From NCBI GenBank assembly GCA_000991185.1, contig LBRB01000005.1, forward strand, positions 1-45,810: a stretch of DNA of 45,810 nucleotides, read 5' to 3'. A model generated the notes under the pieces. It was not told the DNA's origin. It did not search any database and saw only the letters and a list, made by a program, of their open reading frames with translations. This document shows, piece after piece, positions 39,017-45,810 of the stretch; position 1 is the first letter of the stretch, and the number at the start of each line of letters is the position of its first letter. This DNA comes from Berkelbacteria bacterium GW2011_GWA2_35_9. GTDB taxonomy: Bacteria; Patescibacteriota; UBA1384; GWA2-35-9. The translations under genes and the position numbers were made by a program.

Positions 39017-40351
39017 TTATGTTTTTGTTGGAATTAGTTCCTTGATAGTATCACGAGAATATATTTTTAACCAAAAAACCATTAAGAAATAGAGAGCGCC
39101 TCCAGTTAAAATCAAAAATAGTAAATTTTCGTCTTTAAAAATAAGCAGAAACAATGCTAATGGCAGAGTAGCCAAAATTATTTTTCCAATAATGGCAAAT
39201 GAAATTTTCATACCGGTTGTTTTAACAAAAATTGAATAGGCGATAACAAAGATTAACAATTCGGTTAATGAAGTTGAAGCACTCGTCGCAATATAACTAA
39301 AACGGGGGATAAATATTAGATTAAAACCAATATTAAAAATTGCGTAAATAATTGTCGGCAAAACTAATTTTCTCTGTGCGCCAGCGATCACGACTGTGGT
39401 TGAAATAATGGCATAAATTGATTTGGCTAAAATCATACCTGAAATTCCCAACGGAATTGAAATTGAAAGCAAAACTGTAAATATTTTCTGCACCACTCTC
39501 TGACAGCGGGCTTTATCAGTTTTATACAATAAACCAACAACTGGAAAAGCGGCGCCAACCAAAAATGACGGCACGGTGATTAGAATTTCAAAAATTTTAT
39601 AGGTCGGACCATAGATTCCCACATCATAACTATCTTTCATAAACGAGAGCAATAATACATCCGATTTGAAATAAAAATATCCAAAAACTCCCATCAAACC
39701 AATTGGCACCGCTTCCGACAATATTTTTTTCCAAACTTTAAAATCAAAAGCTAAATGAACTTTCACGATCGCATTGGCATATAAATAACTCAAGTAAATA
39801 TTTATCAAATTACCAGCCACATAAGCCGTTATCAATGTATAAAAACTGGCTTCCAAATTGACAGTTAAAATTATTAACCCTAAAATTGTCGCTTTTCCAA
39901 TCGCATCTGTTATCACCCCTTTGTACATTTGAAAACTATTTTGAAAAACAGAGACAAAAGTCATATTCAAAGTTTGCAACAAAAATGCCAAACTCATAAT
40001 CGCAATGCCATTTTTTGTTTCGATGTCGTAACCGAGAAATCGGGAAATAACAACTGAAAGCAAAATAACCAAAATCGATAAAATAATTCGAAAAGTCCAG
40101 ACATTGTTAAGAATTTTTTCTTTTGCTTGTTGGTTTTGAGCTAATTCACGGTTTAAAATAGTCAAAATTCCAAAATCTGTCAAAATAGTCCAAAATCCGA
40201 CATAGGCAAAAATAATTGTGTAGCGCCCGTATCCTTCAACTCCAAGATAGCGAGTTAATAGATTTACTGAAATGATAGAAAATATCGTCGCAATAATTCT
40301 GCCAATGACTTGAATAAAAGTATTATATGCAACTTTTTTTGTGTAAGACAT
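39017..40351 (-). CDS. Wzx-like flippase, lacking ~40 aa relative to its paralog at 42423
   Basis: TRYLG..GYG.Y, DFG, SD..LS, DVGIYG; multiple TM helices. Confidence 0.85.
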   Translation of the reverse strand: MSYTKKVAYNTFIQVIGRIIATIFSIISVNLLTRYLGVEGYGRYTIIFAYVGFWTILTDFGILTILNRELAQNQQAKEKILNNVWTFRIILSILVILLSVVISRFLGYDIETKNGIAIMSLAFLLQTLNMTFVSVFQNSFQMYKGVITDAIGKATILGLIILTVNLEASFYTLITAYVAGNLINIYLSYLYANAIVKVHLAFDFKVWKKILSEAVPIGLMGVFGYFYFKSDVLLLSFMKDSYDVGIYGPTYKIFEILITVPSFLVGAAFPVVGLLYKTDKARCQRVVQKIFTVLLSISIPLGISGMILAKSIYAIISTTVVIAGAQRKLVLPTIIYAIFNIGFNLIFIPRFSYIATSASTSLTELLIFVIAYSIFVKTTGMKISFAIIGKIILATLPLALFLLIFKDENLLFLILTGGALYFLMVFWLKIYSRDTIKELIPTKT

Positions 40352-40398
40352 ATATAAAAATTTAATTTAAATTTTTTATCAATTTCAAATTTTTAATT

Positions 40399-41307
40399 TT
40401 AAATTATCTTATGTTGACATTTACCAAAATTTCCTAAAATAAAATCGCTTAATCCGAGCCAAGCGCCCATTACTCTTTTCCATTTGCCTTTTTGAGGCTT
40501 AATTAATGCCCCCATAATGTTCCAAAGAAAATCTTTGTAAAGAGTATAGAGAATTACTGTTGGAAAGTGGTACCACCTGCCATTTTTTGAAAGAAATAAC
40601 AATTTGTTTCTAATATGGTAATAGATTTGCAACGGATTTCGAGAACCGAGTGTCGCATTAACTTTATGATAGACAACTGCCTCCGGTTCGAAATAGAGTA
40701 AATTACCCGCTTTTTTTATCCTTTCGGAAAGATCACTATCTTCATTGTAGGCAAAAAAGCGTTTATCAAATCCGCCTAATTTTTTGTACAGTGAATTATC
40801 AATTAGCATACACCCTCCGGAACAAAATTGAGTTGGTTGCAAGTGCAAATTATTTGGCAATTTTTCATAGCTATAGCTGGTCCCAGTTATAAACCAATTA
40901 GTTTGCCCGCCAGCATACCAAATCCGCTTTTTGTCCATATAGTAAATTAAAGGTGAAACGGCTCCAAATTTGTCAGTTTTTTCAGTCGCTTTTATCAATT
41001 TATCCACCATGTCTGGCTCGATTGTCATATCATTATTGATCAATAGTAAATAATCACAACCATCTTTATCGGCGACTTTGGCTAAATAATTATTGCCTTC
41101 GGCAAAACCCAAATTTTCCTCCGAGCGAATAACAATTTCGTTTTGATTGACAATTTTTTGCAATTTTTCAAAACTATTATCGCCCGAGCCATTGTCTAAA
41201 ATGTAGGTTGTAAAAACAGAGCTAGATTTCCTGAGACTTTTCAAACATAAAACGGTATCATCATACCCGTTGTAATTTAAAATTATAATTGAAAGTTTTT
41301 TATTCAT
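40399..41307 (-). CDS. GT2 glycosyltransferase (rhamnosyltransferase-like)
   Basis: IILNYN, DNGS, NLGFAEGNN, NND, GGFD..FF.Y.ED; start placed at Met9. Confidence 0.88.
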   Translation of the reverse strand: MNKKLSIIILNYNGYDDTVLCLKSLRKSSSVFTTYILDNGSGDNSFEKLQKIVNQNEIVIRSEENLGFAEGNNYLAKVADKDGCDYLLLINNDMTIEPDMVDKLIKATEKTDKFGAVSPLIYYMDKKRIWYAGGQTNWFITGTSYSYEKLPNNLHLQPTQFCSGGCMLIDNSLYKKLGGFDKRFFAYNEDSDLSERIKKAGNLLYFEPEAVVYHKVNATLGSRNPLQIYYHIRNKLLFLSKNGRWYHFPTVILYTLYKDFLWNIMGALIKPQKGKWKRVMGAWLGLSDFILGNFGKCQHKII

Positions 41308-42373
41308 TAACAACTTTTTCATAAACTCCAATAGTTTGTCGAGCCGTTTCTTCCCAACTAAATTTTTTTGCTTGCTGTAAACCCAACACTGAAAACTTAC
41401 GCCTTAAATCGCTCAATCTCGTAAATTCTAACATTGTTTTACTCCAGCTTTCTTCGTCGTGTGGGTCAAGCAGAATTCCCGCATCACCAACCACTTCTGG
41501 CATCGAAGAAACGCTCGATGAAATTACTGGTACCCCAGCCGACATTGCTTCCAGTGGTGGCAATCCAAAACCTTCATAGACCGAAGGAAATACCAGTGCT
41601 CCCGCTCCCCAATAGAGTTGATGTTTTTCATCGTCATTAATATAGCTAGTAAAAATAACTCGTTTTTCAAGTCCCCTTTCTTTAACTAATTTAAATAGAT
41701 TATCGTAATACCAGCCCTTTTTGCCGGTGATAACTAAATTCCAATTATCATTTTCGTGAACAATATTTGAAAATGCTTTAACTAAAAATTCCAAATTTTT
41801 TCGTGGATTAATCGTTCCAACATGGATAAAGTAATTTTTTCCGGTTTGAAATTTTTTCTTGACCGCTTCAATTTTGGCTTTTTCCGGCTGAATAAAATAC
41901 TTTTTGTCTGCGCCTAGATAAATTACCGTAATTTTTTCTTCAGGAAAAGCTAAAAGTTTGACAATATCTTTTTTGGTTTGTTCTGAAATTGCGATAATAT
42001 GATCAGCTTTACGGTAAGTAAACGGCATCCATTTACCAAAATATTGCCTGGAAACAAACGGAATATCTTGACCAAAAAAAACCGAAATTAAATCGCAGAC
42101 TGTTACAACTAATTTTCCGGAATAAAAAATTGGAGCTGAAAAAGCTGGTTGGTGTAGAAGATCAACTCTGTTCTTATTAGCATACAACGGCACTTTCACT
42201 TGGTCCCAATAGAATCGTTTTAAGGTCGAAAAATCTTCTTCTGTTTTCGGTTTAATTAACAAATAGTCTGAATTTTTATCAATTTTTTCTAAATTCTCGA
42301 CTAAATTTTTAACATAATAACCGAAACCTGTTTTTTGACCAAGGGCGGTCTGATAGTCAATAGCTACTTTCAT
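41300..42373 (-). CDS. GT4 glycosyltransferase
   Basis: GT.NPRKN, PSVYEGFGLPPLEAMSAG. Confidence 0.92.
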   Translation of the reverse strand: MKVAIDYQTALGQKTGFGYYVKNLVENLEKIDKNSDYLLIKPKTEEDFSTLKRFYWDQVKVPLYANKNRVDLLHQPAFSAPIFYSGKLVVTVCDLISVFFGQDIPFVSRQYFGKWMPFTYRKADHIIAISEQTKKDIVKLLAFPEEKITVIYLGADKKYFIQPEKAKIEAVKKKFQTGKNYFIHVGTINPRKNLEFLVKAFSNIVHENDNWNLVITGKKGWYYDNLFKLVKERGLEKRVIFTSYINDDEKHQLYWGAGALVFPSVYEGFGLPPLEAMSAGVPVISSSVSSMPEVVGDAGILLDPHDEESWSKTMLEFTRLSDLRRKFSVLGLQQAKKFSWEETARQTIGVYEKVVNE

Positions 42374-42422
42374 ATACTGAGTTTAGCAAAAAATCTTCCT
42401 TTTTCCAAATAATTTAGAATTA

Positions 42423-43889
42423 TCAAACCAATTTTTTAAGATTTTTTAGATTAAATACTTTAAACCAATAGAGCATTACTAAATAAATTATCAGAGCTAA
42501 AAATAGTTGCCAGATAACCGAATAAATTGTGCCATAAAATAATTGATTGGTTGCTAATAAAAATAGCGTTGAAGGCAATAATGAAATTATGCTAACCAAC
42601 AATATTTTAAAGTTTATTCGATGCTCAAATATTTTTTTCGACAAATTATAAACTACGATTAGCACAATTATTTCATTTAATAATGTAATAACGCTACTCG
42701 CAAAGTAACTATATGCCGGCACAAATATAATGTTTAAAAATACATTTAGTAATACATATAAAATCACCGGAATTAACAAAATATTTTGCTTACCACTAGC
42801 AATTAACATATAGTAAAAAACTTGATGCAAGAAAACAAAAAATACTGCTATCAACAGTATTGAAAGGATGGTTGGAGTAGTAATATTGTTACCTAAAAAA
42901 ATTACTGTTGAAGAATTAACAAAATCATAACCGGCAACGATGCGAATAATTTGACTGCTTTTTATAATCCCAAAAATAACAATTGGTGTTGCCGACAATA
43001 ACATAAAATTGATAATTTTTTGTAGGTTCTGATTAAAATACAGTCGGTCTTTCTTAGTTATTATTGCCATAATTGGATAGGTAACCGCTAAAAAAACAAC
43101 TGGAAAAGAAAGAATAATATCAATAATTTTCACACTAGCACCATAAATTCCAACATCAAAATCCGGTTTTAATAAGGACAAAACTACAATGTCAGAACGA
43201 AAATAGATGGTCGTCAAAATCATAACTATTCCAAGCGGAAAGCTCTCTTTAACAATCGAAATAAAATGATTCCAACTAAAGTCAGTTTTGAAATTAAACG
43301 GAATTATTTTTTTTAACCAAATAAAAGACAAAATATAAGTAAAAATATCACCTGCTACATAACCGCTAATAATTCCAAGCAAACCGAGATCGTTTTTTAT
43401 TGAAAAATAGACCCCAATTAAAATAATTAGTCTGCCAATCACATCTGCCAAAACAAATTGCTTAACTTTTAATTTTCCGTGGTAGAGCGCTGAGTTGAAG
43501 GCAAAGAGAGCGGTTGAAATTCCTGCTACTGAGAAAATTGTGATACCGATTTTAATAATATTTTCATACCCCAGAGTCCAGGCTATCACTACTGAAGTTG
43601 AGTAAACAATCAGTGATAAAATAATTTTAAAAATATAGAAACGGGAAATTTGATCCCTGTCCTCAGTTTCACTAGTGGCAATTTTACGAGTTACGGTATT
43701 GTGCAAACCAAAATCAGACAAAACTCCAAAAAGCAAAATGTAAGATAAAATTGTTGAATACTGTCCAAAACCAGCTACGCCTAAATACCGTGTGATTAAT
43801 GCAATTAAAACTGCCGTAATAATCAAATTTATCACCCGACCGGATAACATAATTAGTGTATTGTGGCTAATAATTTTTGAATACAACAT
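42423..43889 (-). CDS. Wzx-like flippase
   Basis: TRYLG..GFG.Y, DFG, SD..LS, DVGIYG; 12-14 TM helices. Confidence 0.88.
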   Translation of the reverse strand: MLYSKIISHNTLIMLSGRVINLIITAVLIALITRYLGVAGFGQYSTILSYILLFGVLSDFGLHNTVTRKIATSETEDRDQISRFYIFKIILSLIVYSTSVVIAWTLGYENIIKIGITIFSVAGISTALFAFNSALYHGKLKVKQFVLADVIGRLIILIGVYFSIKNDLGLLGIISGYVAGDIFTYILSFIWLKKIIPFNFKTDFSWNHFISIVKESFPLGIVMILTTIYFRSDIVVLSLLKPDFDVGIYGASVKIIDIILSFPVVFLAVTYPIMAIITKKDRLYFNQNLQKIINFMLLSATPIVIFGIIKSSQIIRIVAGYDFVNSSTVIFLGNNITTPTILSILLIAVFFVFLHQVFYYMLIASGKQNILLIPVILYVLLNVFLNIIFVPAYSYFASSVITLLNEIIVLIVVYNLSKKIFEHRINFKILLVSIISLLPSTLFLLATNQLFYGTIYSVIWQLFLALIIYLVMLYWFKVFNLKNLKKLV

Positions 43890-43901
43890 TACAATAATTC
43901 A

Positions 43902-44450
43902 TTATTTGAATCCAGAATCTAAGTTCAATTTTTTATAATAGAGTTCTCTCTCCTGTGCTTGACCCTCAGCTAGAATTTTGTCAATTTCATTATAAGCTTT
44001 TTGGAAATCTTTATTTTCAGTCTCAATTTTTTTGCCTGCCATATTAGCAAATCTAACTATTTGATATGTTTTAACCAATGTTGATTCTAAAATCATTTCT
44101 GTTGAAAGTGGTAATAATTTAATTAATGGTGTGATTATCCCGCTTTCTTTTTTGATCATAATCGGCAATTGCATTTCATTTTCGTTTAGCATTTCTCTTT
44201 GTTGATTAATTATTTCAAGGCTAATCCCAGCCACTTCAGCATAAGTTCTGTTAGGGAAGAATGCTAAACCATAAGTCGTACTGCCAAAAATTTTGTGTTC
44301 TGATGGTGTATAAATTAAACCTGGGCTCAATCTTCCTTCTTGCTCTCGAGCACTGTAATCATCAAGACTTTTTTTAATTAAAGAAAGCTCATACGCTTTC
44401 GCTTGTTCAATCTTTGGATCAATTTCCAAATTATTTGTTTCATTTAACAT
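43902..44450 (-). CDS. Hypothetical protein
   Basis: 182-aa ORF with a TGCTAATAT extended -10 element 6 nt upstream; no motif recognised. Confidence 0.6.
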   Translation of the reverse strand: MLNETNNLEIDPKIEQAKAYELSLIKKSLDDYSAREQEGRLSPGLIYTPSEHKIFGSTTYGLAFFPNRTYAEVAGISLEIINQQREMLNENEMQLPIMIKKESGIITPLIKLLPLSTEMILESTLVKTYQIVRFANMAGKKIETENKDFQKAYNEIDKILAEGQAQERELYYKKLNLDSGFK

Positions 44451-44567
44451 AATTCTATATTAGCACAGAATTTATAGCTTTAAGCACAGGATCGAAAAAA
44501 TAACTAGATTATTTTCTACTAAATAGTAGATCGTACAATGCAACCACAGTAAAAACTAACTTCAAAA

Positions 44568-44909
44568 TCAAGAATATTGATTAAAATAATCTTTTATCCT
44601 CTCGTAATTTTCATTTTCTTTCTCTCCTTTAAAATAAAGCTCTATAAACTCAATTTTACAATCTTGATAATGAAAAGCATAAATAATTCGAAGCGACGAG
44701 CCTTTTAAGTAACAACAAAATAATCGTGCTTTAACAATGACACATTGCTCATTTTTTGTAATAATATTAAAGTGTTTACTATTGCCTAAAGGTACAACAT
44801 CAACTACATGCTTAAATTCTTCTAAGTCTTTGGATAGTGATTTATATTTTTTTGAAAACCGCTTGAATTCCTTAGAAAATTCAGTTAATTCATTAAAGTT
44901 CATCTTCAT
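44568..44909 (-). CDS. Putative RelE/HigB-fold toxin
   Basis: EFSKEFKRF.KKY.SL..DL, K.R, LRIIY, ELYFKG.KEN; overlaps the antitoxin stop. Confidence 0.65.
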   Translation of the reverse strand: MKMNFNELTEFSKEFKRFSKKYKSLSKDLEEFKHVVDVVPLGNSKHFNIITKNEQCVIVKARLFCCYLKGSSLRIIYAFHYQDCKIEFIELYFKGEKENENYERIKDYFNQYS

Positions 44910-45666
44910 AATTTCTTACAGAGTAATGTTCATCACGATAAAAAACACTCTCATAAGAAAGTGGTTTACCGTTTTCGGCCGATTTCCAAGGGATGTCCTC
45001 ATGTGAATAATTTTCCATCTCTTTGGCATTTTTATCAGAAAGCCGTGCTAAAACATCGTCAATATGCTCTATCTCACGACCAGTTAAAATGTTAAGATTT
45101 GGTCGCCTGACTGCTAAATATTTTCTTTGTGGATAATTAAAATATTTTCCTTCAACCTTTATTACCTCTTCGCTTTTTATCATATCGTCAACAACAGCTT
45201 TAAATTCAATAGGAGTGGGACCATAATAATTTTTAATGTAAGTCGCACCAACTAACTGTTCCTCAAATTTTTCGTAATAATCAAAATCAATAAAATAAAG
45301 CAATTTGTAAATCACTGCTTCGCCTACATTTGACTTACCACCAACTTTTGACAATAGATAAAGTAGAACCTCTTTAAATTTATTAAGGTTTTTTTGCGGA
45401 ATGCTAATTCTTATTTCGTGTTTTTTTATATTTGATTTCATTTTTTTTTCAATCCCAGCAATAATAGAAGAGTCTTTTCCTCGCCTAAAATCATCAAATG
45501 GAATACCAAAAATAGAGGCTAGCTTTTCCGCTTCAGTAATAGTTAGATCTCGTTCACCCCGTTCTATTTGCATATAGGTTGGGCGGGAAATACAAATTTC
45601 AGACGCTAAAAATTCTTGCGATAGATTATGTCTTTTTCTTAATTGTAAAATAAATTTTGCAAGCAT
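44893..45666 (-). CDS. Xre-HTH + Panacea (DUF4065/SocA) antitoxin
   Basis: LR....LSQE.LA....ISR.TY..IERG; KLLYFIDF, YYGP, SHED.PW. Confidence 0.85.
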   Translation of the reverse strand: MLAKFILQLRKRHNLSQEFLASEICISRPTYMQIERGERDLTITEAEKLASIFGIPFDDFRRGKDSSIIAGIEKKMKSNIKKHEIRISIPQKNLNKFKEVLLYLLSKVGGKSNVGEAVIYKLLYFIDFDYYEKFEEQLVGATYIKNYYGPTPIEFKAVVDDMIKSEEVIKVEGKYFNYPQRKYLAVRRPNLNILTGREIEHIDDVLARLSDKNAKEMENYSHEDIPWKSAENGKPLSYESVFYRDEHYSVRNYEDEL

Positions 45667-45691
45667 AATAATTACTATTCAACTAACTCCA

Positions 45692-45720
45692 ATTATAAGC
45701 AATGTAATATTATTTGTCAA
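45692..45720 (-). promoter_or_regulatory. Consensus sigma70 promoter of the TA operon
   Basis: TTGACA (45720-45715), 17 nt, TATAAT (45697-45692). Confidence 0.85.
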
Positions 45721-45810
45721 GTTCTATGTCAAATAGTTATACTTATAGCTGAATGTAAAAATTGGCGGTGTTTCTTGGACGAAGTTCGAACATTCTTTGA
45801 GCAAAATCCC

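Noticed and set aside
1030-45006. Numerous short plus-strand ORFs opposite long genes
   Set aside because: Antisense shadows of well-supported minus-strand genes, with no recognisable motifs.

Overview
AT-rich bacterial window with almost every gene on the minus strand. Gene content and style suggest a Patescibacteria/CPR metagenome-assembled genome (inference). The left half is housekeeping: lemA, S41 protease, iscS-folD-mnmA, tatD, metG, an NRAMP transporter, rsmA, a YabE-like G5 protein, an intein-containing pcrA/uvrD, rsmH, tRNA-Glu and an H+-pyrophosphatase. The right half is a ~19 kb surface-glycosylation locus containing two DNA methyltransferase genes, followed by an HTH-Panacea/RelE-like toxin-antitoxin pair. 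The most striking non-genic signal is a layered repeat system. (1) A four-helix-bundle (23S-IVS/Avd-like) gene is enclosed by 30-bp inverted arms built from 10-mers. (2) Degenerate 7-mer arrays sit in frame inside mnmA, metG and pcrA, and occur as arm/anti-arm pairs at gene junctions that look like empty cassettes. (3) GC-rich hairpin modules sit in those arrays, including one filled/empty site pair visible within the window. (4) A TGTCAT...ATGACA MITE-like family carries nested hairpins. Several genes, including essential metG, have internal deletion-type lesions that are probably assembly errors.
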